In this document: one piece after another, positions 9,597 through 19,524 of the stretch
How positions within the stretch are numbered: position 1 is the stretch's first letter
Layout: the number at the start of each line of letters is the position of its first letter
NCBI GenBank assembly: GCA_963422375.2
Contig: CAXXKD010000001.1
Location: forward strand, 96,001 to 160,000
Length of the DNA stretch: 64,000 bases
Direction of reading: 5' to 3'
From: Bryobacterales bacterium
GTDB lineage: Bacteria > Acidobacteriota > Terriglobia > Bryobacterales > UBA6623
Notes under the pieces: generated by a model
The model's database searches: none
What the model saw: the letters and a program-made list of their open reading frames with translations, nothing else
Told to the model about the DNA's origin: nothing
Translations under genes and position numbers: made by a program

Positions 9597-10553
9597 ATGC
9601 CTGCTCAATCAAGACCTACGGCCTCCGTCCTGGTCCGCTTGGCGCTAGGGCTCGGCATTCTGTCGGCAACGCTCTGGGGTGCCGGCTTCTGGGACAAGAA
9701 GGACTTCACCCAGTGGACGGCCAAGGAGGTCCAGAAGACCTACATGGACTCGCCGTGGTCCAAGAAGGTCACCCTGACGGGGCCGAATCCGATGAACGCC
9801 CTCGGCGGCGGCAGCGCTAGCGGTCGTCGTGGCGGCGGCGGGGGAGGAGCGCCGGGCGGCGGCGGTGCGCCGGGCGGCGGCGGTCGTCGTGGCGGCGGCG
9901 GTGGCGGCGGATTCGGCGGTGGCGCGACGCCGATGCCTTCTCCGACTCTCACGCTGATCGTCCGCTTTGCCGAGGCGCTGCCGATCAAGCACGCCAAGGT
10001 CAGGTTCAACATGGGAGAGAGCTCCGAGGTGACACCTGCGATGCAGCAGTATCTCGACAACGAGGAGCCGTACTACGTCGTGGCCGTGGCCAATCTTCCG
10101 CAGGTGTTGTCGCGCTTCGAGGAAGAGACGGAACGGCTTGCGACCTCTGCCCGCCTTCGTCGCAAGAACCACGAGGACCTCCTGCCGGCGAAGGTCGAAG
10201 TCACTCCCGAGGAGGGAGTCACGTTCAGGTATTTCTTCCCGCGCCACGACCCGATTGAGGTCGCGGACCGGGAGGTGGAATTCTACATGAAGCTCGAGCG
10301 CCCGCAGGGAATGGGCCGCCGCCGCCCCGACGCCGGAGGACCGGCGCGCGGCCAAGGCGGTCAAGGGGCTGGCGGCAGGCCCCAGCAGCGCGGAGGCGGT
10401 CAGGGCCAAGGGGCCGGAGGAGCTCAGGGCCAGAGAGCCGGAGGCCAGGGAGGGCGCGGCGCGAACATGGGCGTGACGCTGATCTTCGGCAAGGAGATCA
10501 AGCGCAAGTTTCGCCTCAAGGACATGGTTTATCGGGGCGAACTGCCCCTCTGA
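9597..10553 (+). CDS. Secreted hypothetical protein with two Gly/Arg-rich low-complexity inserts
   Basis: SD AAGGGGG, signal peptide-like N-terminus, WDKKDFTQW...SPWSK motif, host-like codon usage. Confidence 0.8.
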   Translation: MPAQSRPTASVLVRLALGLGILSATLWGAGFWDKKDFTQWTAKEVQKTYMDSPWSKKVTLTGPNPMNALGGGSASGRRGGGGGGAPGGGGAPGGGGRRGGGGGGGFGGGATPMPSPTLTLIVRFAEALPIKHAKVRFNMGESSEVTPAMQQYLDNEEPYYVVAVANLPQVLSRFEEETERLATSARLRRKNHEDLLPAKVEVTPEEGVTFRYFFPRHDPIEVADREVEFYMKLERPQGMGRRRPDAGGPARGQGGQGAGGRPQQRGGGQGQGAGGAQGQRAGGQGGRGANMGVTLIFGKEIKRKFRLKDMVYRGELPL

Positions 10554-10935
10554 CCGAAGCTTGGAGCGCGGGCCTTCCCTTGGCCCGTTGGCTTGCGGAA
10601 GCCCGTGCCGCTCCTCGCGGGACCGACGAGCAGCGCCTCGTCGGGCTGGGTGCAGCGATGTTCCTGAAGGCGGTCGGCCTGCCCGCGCGAGCGACGCTGG
10701 CGGGCACCGTCCCGAGCGCGGCTAGACTCCAACGGGTCGCCGATCCGCAATCGGGTGGTAACGCCCTTCCGGCGCGGCCGGGGCATTCCACGGCATGTTG
10801 AGCGGTCCCGGCCACGGCAGTGGACAGCAAGGATCCGGTCGCATGTAACCCGCGGGCGATTCTGCTCGAAAGGCCGGTCGCTCCGGCGTTGCCTCGCCGT
10901 CTGCCGGGATTCCGGGTCGGCGAGCGTTGGCCGGT

Positions 10936-12840
10936 TCAGGCCCGCGCGAGTTCGATCGCGCCCCGTTCGGCATCGAGCTTCGTGATGCGGAACGAATGCA
11001 CCGAGCCCGGCGTCAGCGGGTCTTCGCGGTCGTCAGGGCCCGCTTCCGGTCCGCCCTTCCAAGCCGATTCGAGCATGGTCTTCAGCGACGAGAGGTCCGA
11101 TGTCTGACCGAGCTGGACGCCCTTCCTTGAGACGCTGCGGGGCTTCTTCGTCGCGCAGACCGCATGGACGCCGCTACCGACCTCGATGATCGCCTCGTCG
11201 CCCTGCATCTTCACCACTCGGCCCGTGACCGTCTCCCCGACCTCTACTTGGGACAGGAATGTGTCGAGCTCGGTGGGCTCGAGCTGCTTCATGCCGACCT
11301 TGACACGCCTGCGAGCCGTATCGATCTCGAGAATCTTGACGCGCACCTGGTCGCCCTCGCGCAGCATCTCTGCCGGGCTGTTCAAGCGCCTCTCGGAGGT
11401 AATGTCCGAGATGTGCAGCAAGCCGTCCACGCCTTCGATGATCTCGATGAACGCGCCGAAGCTAGCGATCTTCCGCACGGTTCCTACCACCGCGCTCCCC
11501 ACCGGATGCAGTTGGCCTACTCGCTGCCAAGGGTCGCCGAGCGCCTGCTTGAGGCCTAAGGCGATCCGCTTCTGCTGGGGCTTGACGTCCAGCACCAAGA
11601 CCTCGACCACGTCCCCGACAGTGACGATCTCGCTCGGGTGGCGCACGCGACGGCTATACGACATGTCTGAAATATGGACAAGGCCCTCGATGCCGGGGAG
11701 CACCTCGACGAAGGCTCCGTACCGCTCGATGCGGGCCACTTTGCCCCGGACACGGTCGTTCGGCTTGAACTGCTCGCCCACCACGCTCCAAGGCTCGGTC
11801 TGCAACTGCTTCAGCCCCACCCCGATGCGCTGAGCCTTGTGGTCGACCTTGATGATCTCGACTTCGAGCTCCTGTCCTATGCGCAGCACGTCGCTCGGCT
11901 CGTTGACGCGCTGCCAGGAGATATCGCTCACGTGCAGCAGGCCGTCGATCCCGCCGAGATCCACGAAGGCCCCGAACTTGCGGATCGAGCGCACCGTGCC
12001 GTGCACGCGGTCGCCGCGACTCAGTCTCTCCAGCGCCTCCTGGCGCTTCTGGGCGCGCTCCTCCTCCAGGATGGCCCGCCGGTCGAGGACGACGTTCCGG
12101 TCGGCCTCGTCTAGCTGGACGATGCGTGCGTGGACCTGCTGTCCGACAAGGGACTGGAGTCCCTCCTCGGTTCGCTCGCCCGAACGCGAGGCCGGCATGA
12201 ACGCCCGCACGCGCACGCCGACGTCAACCGACAGCCCGCCCTTGATCGTGTCGATCACCTTGCCCACCACGCTGCCGCCCGAGTTGAAGGCGATCTCGAG
12301 CTGCGCCCAGTTCCTCGGCTGCTGCGACACTAGGCTGCTCAGCAACGGATAGCCTTCCGAAGACTGGCCGACCACGACAACCTCGACGGTCTCGCCAACG
12401 GCTAGCGGCTTGTCTAGGCCCGAGTCTGGCGAGACCGGGAGGAATGCCTCGGACTTCCGTCCGATGTCGACGAACACGCCGTCGGCCCGCGTGCCGACGA
12501 CCACGCCTCGCAGCCGCTCCGACGACTGCTCGTCGGGCTGCGCCGCCGGCCTGGATTCGCTTCGGACAATGCTCTCGTACTCGACATCTTCCGGGATATC
12601 GTAGTCGTCGTCTTCCGCGTCATCGCCGAGGGCCTCGCCCGGCATGGCCGGCGAGGCCGGCACTCCCGGCACGGGAGCGCTCTGCTGCGTCGCCGCTACC
12701 GGGATACCGGGGACCGTCGGCGGGGGCGGGACCGCCGGTTGGTGCGTGCCCTCACCTTGGCCGGCGGGCGGTTGCTCGGTTGCGGGGGCGCGATCTTCTT
12801 GCACCGGCCCGCCGGGCAACTCTGGGACTTCCGAATTCAC
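10936..12840 (-). CDS. rpsA: 30S ribosomal protein S1-like protein with Pro/acidic N-terminal extension
   Basis: Repeated S1 domains (FGAFVDLGGIDGLLHVSDISW, YGAFVEVLPGIEGLVHISDMS, FGAFIEIIEGVDGLLHISDI); SD GGGGAG before GTG. Confidence 0.88.
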   Translation of the reverse strand: MNSEVPELPGGPVQEDRAPATEQPPAGQGEGTHQPAVPPPPTVPGIPVAATQQSAPVPGVPASPAMPGEALGDDAEDDDYDIPEDVEYESIVRSESRPAAQPDEQSSERLRGVVVGTRADGVFVDIGRKSEAFLPVSPDSGLDKPLAVGETVEVVVVGQSSEGYPLLSSLVSQQPRNWAQLEIAFNSGGSVVGKVIDTIKGGLSVDVGVRVRAFMPASRSGERTEEGLQSLVGQQVHARIVQLDEADRNVVLDRRAILEEERAQKRQEALERLSRGDRVHGTVRSIRKFGAFVDLGGIDGLLHVSDISWQRVNEPSDVLRIGQELEVEIIKVDHKAQRIGVGLKQLQTEPWSVVGEQFKPNDRVRGKVARIERYGAFVEVLPGIEGLVHISDMSYSRRVRHPSEIVTVGDVVEVLVLDVKPQQKRIALGLKQALGDPWQRVGQLHPVGSAVVGTVRKIASFGAFIEIIEGVDGLLHISDITSERRLNSPAEMLREGDQVRVKILEIDTARRRVKVGMKQLEPTELDTFLSQVEVGETVTGRVVKMQGDEAIIEVGSGVHAVCATKKPRSVSRKGVQLGQTSDLSSLKTMLESAWKGGPEAGPDDREDPLTPGSVHSFRITKLDAERGAIELARA

Positions 12841-13036
12841 TCTGCTCTCCCCGAATCTGAACTTTCATTGTTTCACATGCCTGCCCGGCCGTCACATCCG
12901 GGCGAACCCGGAAGCTGCGGCAACCGTTGAGCCGCCCGCTACCGTGCGGCTGCCCAGCACGTACGCGCAACCCATAGTCCCCCGCGAGCCCGCAGGGGCG
13001 AGCGACGCGGTCAGCGTAGAGACCGGCGCGGGCGCA

Positions 13037-14323
13037 TCAGATCCAGGCCGAGAACACCTCTGCGCCGGCGTAGACGGCTTGGGATCCGAGCTCCGCCTCG
13101 ATCTCCAGCAGCCGGTTATACTTCGCCACGCGGTCGCTGCGGCAGGTCGAGCCGGTCTTGATCTGCCCTCCGCAGCAGGCCACGGCCAGGTCCGCGATAG
13201 TGGTGTCTGACGTCTCTCCCGAGCGGTGCGAGATGATGAAGGTGTAGCCGCTGTCCTGCGCCAGCGCGATGCAGTCAATCGTCTCGCTAACGGTCCCGAT
13301 CTGGTTGAGCTTGATCAGGATCGAGTTCGCGATGCCGTCGGCGATGCCGGCGCGAAAGATCTTCGGGTTCGTGACGAACAGGTCGTCGCCGACTAGCTGC
13401 ATCTGGTTTTCAAGCGCCTTCGTGCCGACCTCCCAGCCTGCGCGGTCCACCTCGGAGAAGCCGTCCTCGAGCGAGAGCAGCGGGTACTTCGCTTGCCAGT
13501 CGCTCCACATCGCGGCCATGTCGCTCGCGCTGCGGCGGCTCCCGTCGGACTGTTCGAAGACGTACTCGCCGCCGACGTAGAACTCGCTCGCGGCCGCGTC
13601 GATCGCGATGAATATGTCCTTGCCGGGCTCGTAGCCTGCCTTGGAGATGGCCTCCACTAGCAGTTCCATCGGCTCTTCGTTGGACTTCAGTTCGGGCGCG
13701 AAGCCGCCCTCGTCCCCGACCGCTGTGCCGTAGCCCTTCGACCTGAGGAGTGCCTTCAGCCCGTGGAATATTTCCGCGACCGCCCGGAGCGCCTCCGAGA
13801 ACGAACGGAGGCCGACCGGCAGGATCATGAACTCCTGGATGTCGACGTTGTTGTCCGCGTGCTGGCCACCGTTGAGGACATTGCACATCGGCACGGGAAG
13901 CCGGTAGTTATCCCGGCTGGCAATGCGGCGGTACAGCGGGATTCCTAGCTCGGATGCCATGGCATGGGCCACGGCCATCGAGACGCCTAGGATCGCGTTC
14001 GCCCCGAGCCGACCCTTGTTGTCGGTGCCGTCCAGTCTGATCAGCGTCTCGTCGATGCTGCGCTGGTCGTCCGCATCGTGGCCCTGCAGGGCCACGAGCA
14101 TTTCGGAATTGACATTGTCCACCGCCTTGCGGACGCCCTTGCCCAAGTAGCGGAGCCTATCGCCGTCGCGCAACTCTACGGCCTCGTTGAGGCCAGTCGA
14201 TGCGCCGGAAGGAACGCGCGCGGCCCCTCGCGCGCCGGAGGCTAGAGTGACGCGCACCTGCAGCGTAGGATTGCCGCGCGAATCCAGGATTTCCAAGGCT
14301 TGCAGGTTGGTGATTGCGGACAT
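13037..14323 (-). CDS. eno: Enolase
   Basis: [48 protein letters not shown]; start at MSAIT (14323). Confidence 0.98.
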   Translation of the reverse strand: MSAITNLQALEILDSRGNPTLQVRVTLASGARGAARVPSGASTGLNEAVELRDGDRLRYLGKGVRKAVDNVNSEMLVALQGHDADDQRSIDETLIRLDGTDNKGRLGANAILGVSMAVAHAMASELGIPLYRRIASRDNYRLPVPMCNVLNGGQHADNNVDIQEFMILPVGLRSFSEALRAVAEIFHGLKALLRSKGYGTAVGDEGGFAPELKSNEEPMELLVEAISKAGYEPGKDIFIAIDAAASEFYVGGEYVFEQSDGSRRSASDMAAMWSDWQAKYPLLSLEDGFSEVDRAGWEVGTKALENQMQLVGDDLFVTNPKIFRAGIADGIANSILIKLNQIGTVSETIDCIALAQDSGYTFIISHRSGETSDTTIADLAVACCGGQIKTGSTCRSDRVAKYNRLLEIEAELGSQAVYAGAEVFSAWI

Positions 14324-15063
14324 CGGATCCCTCTGTCGGGACGGGAGGGGCCGCGGTCGCGGCCTAGAGGCACTGTCGTGCGGGCAGCAGGCCCGCTGTC
14401 CCCGACTCACCAGCGTAGCACGGGCTGCCGTGGCGACTGCCCGCGGCCGGATTGCACGCTTGCTCTCGGACCGGACTTCTTGGATCCTCGCTAGCGTCTG
14501 CGCCATGCCGAGGGGGTTGCGACGGTCCCGCCAGATACCGAACGCCGAGGTGACTGGCCCTGACTTGCACCGTACGAGACGACCAAGGACGCGCCGGCGG
14601 GACCATCGGAACCTCGGAACTGGCGGGCATCGCGGACGGGCCGGTTGGCCAAGGGAACCGGTGCCTCGCCCGAAGGCGGACGGATGCATTCTCCCATGGC
14701 GCGTCGCACTGCCCGGTGAGCTGGAATGGGCCTCTTGCGGGTCTCGCTCTCGCCTGTAGCGTCGAGTTGCCCGTTCTTTCTAACCGAGAGGCAATCACTC
14801 GTGAATTGCGGTTCAAGCTCCGTGACAGTCAATGCCCATAATACAATGCCAGATTGATATCGGAAATCCCTTGGTACAGGATTACAAATATGGCTCACAA
14901 TAGAATTGATCGATCATGTTCAATCTTGGTAATAAAGACAAGATATAGTGGCCGACATAATTCATATATGCGCAGAGAAATATCAGCCATATATTAGACA
15001 TATTTTGGAATTTACTCGAAGTAAATCCGAATAGATTCCATATCTATTCTACGAGGATTCCAA

Positions 15064-15890
15064 CGCCCATTCAACTCCGAAGTGCGACAGGCGCCGAGCC
15101 ACAAGATGGCAGGGAGGGGAGAGGGGGGGGCAGCGAGCGGTGGTGTCGCGGCAGTAGGCTGGTAGGTGCTGGAAGGAGCAGGGAGGCGGATGCGGAAGAG
15201 CTACACGCACGTGACGCAGGAGGAGCGCTGCCGGAGCGAGACGCTGCGGGCGGCGGGCTGGGGAGCGGACAGGATCGCCGCGCAGCTGGACCGCAACCGG
15301 GCCACGATCTACCGGGAAGTGAGCCGCAACGGCCGACCGGCGGAGGGCGAGCGCGCGGCGAGCTACAGCTGGGGGAGCGCGCAGGAGCGCGCGGAGCGGC
15401 GGCGGCGCGCGGCGTCGTACCGGCCGCGCAAGCTGACGTCGGCGCTGCGGACGCGGAGCGAGGACTGCCTGCGGCAGGACTGGAGCCCGGAGCAGGAGCC
15501 CGGAGCAGGTCGCGGCACGGCTGCAGCGGGAAGGGGCGCTGGAGATCAGCCCTGAACGGATCTACCAGCTGGTGCGCGCGGAGCGGCGGCAGGGGGGCCG
15601 GCTGTACCGGCACCCGAGGCAGGGCGGCCGCAAGCGCGTCCGGCCGGACGGCCGGACGGCGGGCCGCGGCCTGATCCCGGGGCGCGCGGACATCGCGGAG
15701 CGCCCGGCGGAGGCGCAAGCGAAGGCGCGCGTCGGCGACCGGGAGGCCGACAGCGTGATCGGCGGGCAGCGCCGCGGGGCGCTGGTGACGCTGGTGGACC
15801 GGTTCTCTAAGTACCTGCTAGTGCAGCCGGTTAGCCGGCGCACGGCGCGGCTGGTCGGGGCGGCGATGACGGCCATGCTCGCAGGGAGCC
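15064..15890 (+). mobile_element. Truncated IS30-family element (left IR plus transposase pseudogene from 15190)
   Basis: IR-like CGCCCATTCAACTCCGAAGTGCGACA; YTHVTQEER...IAAQLDRNRATIYREVSRN HTH, WSPEQ, RVGDREADSVIG, LVTLVDRFSK; 13-bp duplication frameshift at 15482-15507; 3' half absent. Confidence 0.88.
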
Positions 15891-17064
15891 CTCGTACCGA
15901 GCGTGCAGCGCACCGAGCGTGAAGCGCGCGCCCGCAGCGGGCTGCCGCGCTCAGCGCGGCGGGCGCCGCTCAGGCCGCGACCGCGGCCTGGCCGGTCAGC
16001 TGCCGGCCGGTCAGCGTCCGGCCGACCAAGCCCCGTGCCATGCGCCGCATCCGTTCCGCCGTGTCGCAGTCGCGGTCGTTGTACCGTCCCGCGAACTCCG
16101 TGAGGTAGCGGCCGAGATGACGGACGCTCATCCGGTGATAGGTTCCGTAGAGGCCGCGCTTGAACAGGGACCAAAATGACTCGATGCCGTTCGTATGCGC
16201 CGCCCCGCGCACGTACTCGCCGCCGGAGTGCCTGATGGCTTCGTGCGGGAACTCCGCCATGCCGGCGCAGGCCGCCGCCTCGTCGGAGTAGAGCTGCGCC
16301 CCCGGCGCGACGCGGGCGCGCACGAAGCCCTGCAGGTCGCCCTTGGCGGTGCCCGGCAGCGGCCGCGCGGCCGCTGCGTTCGTGGCGCGGTCCCGCGCCC
16401 CCGCCACCGGGGTCTTGCCGGCGGGCCCGCGCCCGGCGCGGGCCTTCTTCCTCTCGTGCTTGTTGCGTTCCTTGCCGCCGACGTAGGTCTCGTCCACCTC
16501 CACCGGGCCGGCGAACAGGCCCCGATCCCGCTCCCGGCACGCGCGGATGCGGTGCGCCAGGTGCCAGGCCGACTTCCGGCTGATGCCTAGGTCGCGGTGC
16601 AGCTTCATGCTCGAGACGCCCTTGATGCCGGTGGTCAGCAGGAACAGGGCGACGGCCCAGGTGCGGTAGCCGAGCTCGGTGTCGGCCATCACGCTGCCGG
16701 TGCGCACGGAAAAGCGCTTGCCGCAGCCGCGGCAACGGTACGGCATCGAAGGGTGGGCCGCGTCGGACTGCACGCTGGAGCCGCGGCAGCGGGGGCACGC
16801 GGGACCGTCCGGACAGCGCATGGAGGCGAACCACTTTTCCGCGGATTCGTCATCGGGGAACATGGCGATCACTTCGATCAATGTGATGCCTTTACGGAAC
16901 CACTTTCCGGGACCTGATTTCTTCATTTACGGTATCCCATACTGGAACTATTCTACCAAGAAACACCACAGAATGTCAACGGAAATTCGGAAGAAATATG
17001 AAATATTATTATGGCTTGATAATTTGCCGACTTGATTCCCTCGGCACTCAGATATATAATTCCC
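15888..17064 (-). mobile_element. IS1595-family element copy 1 (right end missing)
   Basis: Left IR GGGAATTATATATCTGAGTGCCGA ending at 17064; homology to copy 2 stops near 15888. Confidence 0.92.
15970..16926 (-). CDS. IS1595-family transposase (open frame, several degenerate residues)
   Basis: Zn ribbon CPRC...CRGC, KGVSSMKLHRDLGI, VEVDETYVGG, YSDE, HTNGIESFWS. Confidence 0.92.
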   Translation of the reverse strand: MKKSGPGKWFRKGITLIEVIAMFPDDESAEKWFASMRCPDGPACPRCRGSSVQSDAAHPSMPYRCRGCGKRFSVRTGSVMADTELGYRTWAVALFLLTTGIKGVSSMKLHRDLGISRKSAWHLAHRIRACRERDRGLFAGPVEVDETYVGGKERNKHERKKARAGRGPAGKTPVAGARDRATNAAAARPLPGTAKGDLQGFVRARVAPGAQLYSDEAAACAGMAEFPHEAIRHSGGEYVRGAAHTNGIESFWSLFKRGLYGTYHRMSVRHLGRYLTEFAGRYNDRDCDTAERMRRMARGLVGRTLTGRQLTGQAAVAA

Positions 17065-17229
17065 AAATAATTCCGCCTGATCAGAACACGACAGTCAATT
17101 CTATGACGCTCATAAACTGGTAGTAATACTATGTACATAAGGCAGTATATGACACAGATTGTCGGTGCTATTCATACAAAATATCTCCGGTAGACAATGC
17201 TTTCAACTCTTATCTAGAGTTCGAACTTA

Positions 17230-18379
17230 CTGAGGGGAGCAAGAGTCGATCTTCCCGTTCGCGCACTCTGCTGAAACCAGTTCCGAAAATTGAATGTGGT
17301 AGAATTTTTGCATGAATCCCTTCCAATGCGACGACTCTCGGCGACTTCGCAAGAAGCTTAAGATCACCGTCCGGAAGTTCGTAGTCACGCAATCCACCCT
17401 CGGCTATGTTCCGGAAGAACTCGCGACGAAATTCGGCATCGGAACCGGAACGGTCAAGTCCTGGGTGGCTAGGTTCATCGCCGGAGGCATGGGGGCACTG
17501 GACGACTGGCCCAGAACAGGGCGCCCTCGCATCCTGACCGAGGAGCACGCCCAGTGGATCTTCCATACCGACGTCGATAAGAATCCCCGGCAGCTCAAGT
17601 TCGAGTTTGCCTACTGAACCGTCCAGCGAGTCCGCCGGGCCTTCATCGACGAGTTCGGCATCGATGCGAGCCGCTGTACCGTCCGCCAGGTCATGCGTCG
17701 GCTCAGGCTCACGCAGCAGAAGCCTCGCTTTCGGGCGTTCCAGCGCCGGATGGGAAAGTCGCGCAATGGATTGACACGAAGATCCCGGAAATCAAGCAGG
17801 ATACCGAGCGGGAATGGGCCTTGATTATGTTCGCTGACTAGGCCGGAATGTGCTCCGACTATTACGTGGGAAGTACGTGGGAATTTCGTGGAAATATGAC
17901 CGCGATGACCTGCACTGTCAAGAAGTTTCTCTTCAACATGTTAGCAGCAATCAGCCCGTACATCCGCATCCATTACATGCTGCACAAGGGCACGAAAGAT
18001 GCTGGAATGTTCTGCTTTTTCGTGAAAAATGGCGGAATAGACTGGCAGAAAGGTGCGCTTTGTGGTGCACGTATGCCGGATTTACACGGCGCTAGAGGTG
18101 GCAAAGTTCCTCGATATGGAATTCGATTATGGCCACGTTTGGATTCATACTCTTCCGGTATACTCCCCGAATATGAATCCATATGAGCTGGTATGGCCGA
18201 ACGTGAAGTGGATGGTGAGCCAGAAATTCTTCAACACTAAGGACGATCTGTTGCGCCTGTTCGAAGCGGACTTCAAGTCGCCAAGGGACCTGACTGACAA
18301 GGTAACTCGATTCTTGAAAGAGCCCGATTGCCAGTACATTCTGGCGTGACCCGACCGATATGACTCTTGCACTCATCAG
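17230..18379 (+). mobile_element. IS630-family element, transposase pseudogene (17312-18349)
   Basis: Imperfect 18-bp IRs (CTGAGGGGAGCAAGAGTC / CTGATGAGTGCAAGAGTC, 15/18) each flanked by TA; HTH, PRQLKFEFAY*T, FAD*AG, LPVYSPNMNPYELVW; internal stops and frameshifts. Confidence 0.88.
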
Positions 18380-18503
18380 TAATGACGACCTTGACATCTA
18401 AGGACAAGTCTAAGAATGGGGAATTATATATCTGAGTGCCGAGGGAATCAAGTCGGCAAATTATTAAGCCATTATAAGATTTCATATTTCTTCCGACTTT
18501 CCG

Positions 18504-18533
18504 TTGACATTCTGTGGTGTTTCTTGGTAGAAT
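18504..18533 (+). promoter_or_regulatory. Sigma70 promoter of the IS1595 transposase
   Basis: TTGACA-N18-TAGAAT upstream of ATG 18557; identical in copy 1 (16950-16979, minus strand). Confidence 0.7.
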
Positions 18534-18556
18534 AGTTCCAGTAGGGGATACCGTAA

Positions 18557-19524
18557 ATGAAGAAATTAGGTCCCGGAAAGTGGTTCCGTAAAGGCATCAC
18601 ATTGATCGAAGTGATCGCCATGTTCGCCGATGACGAATCCGCGGAAAAGTGGTTCGCCTCCATGCGCTGGCCGGACGGTCCCGCGTGCCCCCGCTGCCGC
18701 CGCTCCAGCGTGCAGTCCGACGCGGCCCACCCTTCGATGCCGTACCGTTGCCGCGGCTGCGGCAAGCGCTTTTCCGTGCGCACCGGCAGCGTGATGGCCG
18801 ACACCAAGCTCGGCTACCGCACCCGGGCCGTCGCCCTGTTCCTGCTGACCACCGGCATCAAGGGCGTCTCCAGCATGAAGCTGCACCGCGACCTAGGCAT
18901 CAGCCAAAAGTCGGCCTGGCACCTGGCGCACCGCATCCGCGCGTGCCGGGAGCGGGATCGGGGCCTGTTCGCCGGCCCGGTGGAGGTGGACGAGACCTAC
19001 GTCGGCGGCAAGGAGCGCAACAAGCACGAGAGGAAGAAGGCCCGTGCCGGGCGCGGGCCCGTTGGCAAGACGCCCGTGGCGGGGGCGCGGGACCGCGCCA
19101 CGAACGCAGTGGCCGCGCGGCCGCTGCCGGGCACCGCCAAGGGCGACCTGCAGGGCTTCGTGCGCGCCCGCGTCGCGCCGGGGGCGCAGCTCCGCTCCGA
19201 CGAGGCGGCGGCCTGCGCCGGCATGGCGGAGTTCGCGCACGAAGCCGTCAGGCACTCCGGCGGCGAGTACGTGCGCGGGGCGGCGCATACGAACGGCATC
19301 GAATCGTTCCGGTCCCTGTTCAAGCGCGGCCTGTACGGAACCTATCACCGGATGAGCGTCCGTCATCTCGGCCGCTACCTCACGGAGTTCGCGGGACGGC
19401 GCAACGACCGCGACTGCGACACGGAGGAACAACGGAGGAACAGATGCGGCGCATGGCGCGGGGCTTGGTCGGCCGGACGCTGACCTGCCGGCAGCTGACC
19501 GGCAAGGCCGCGGTCGCGGCCTGA
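18557..19524 (+). pseudogene. IS1595 transposase, frameshifted near the C-terminus
   Basis: Near-identical to copy 1; 11-bp duplication ACGGAGGAACA (19421-19442) shifts the frame; W>R at 18824 and 19310. Confidence 0.9.

Noticed and set aside
10554..10935. Long intergenic regions (also 14324-14760, 44110-44520, 60224-60654) as ncRNA or tRNA genes
   Set aside because: No tRNA, tmRNA, RNase P, SRP or riboswitch signature recognisable by eye; an Rfam scan is needed to exclude them fully.
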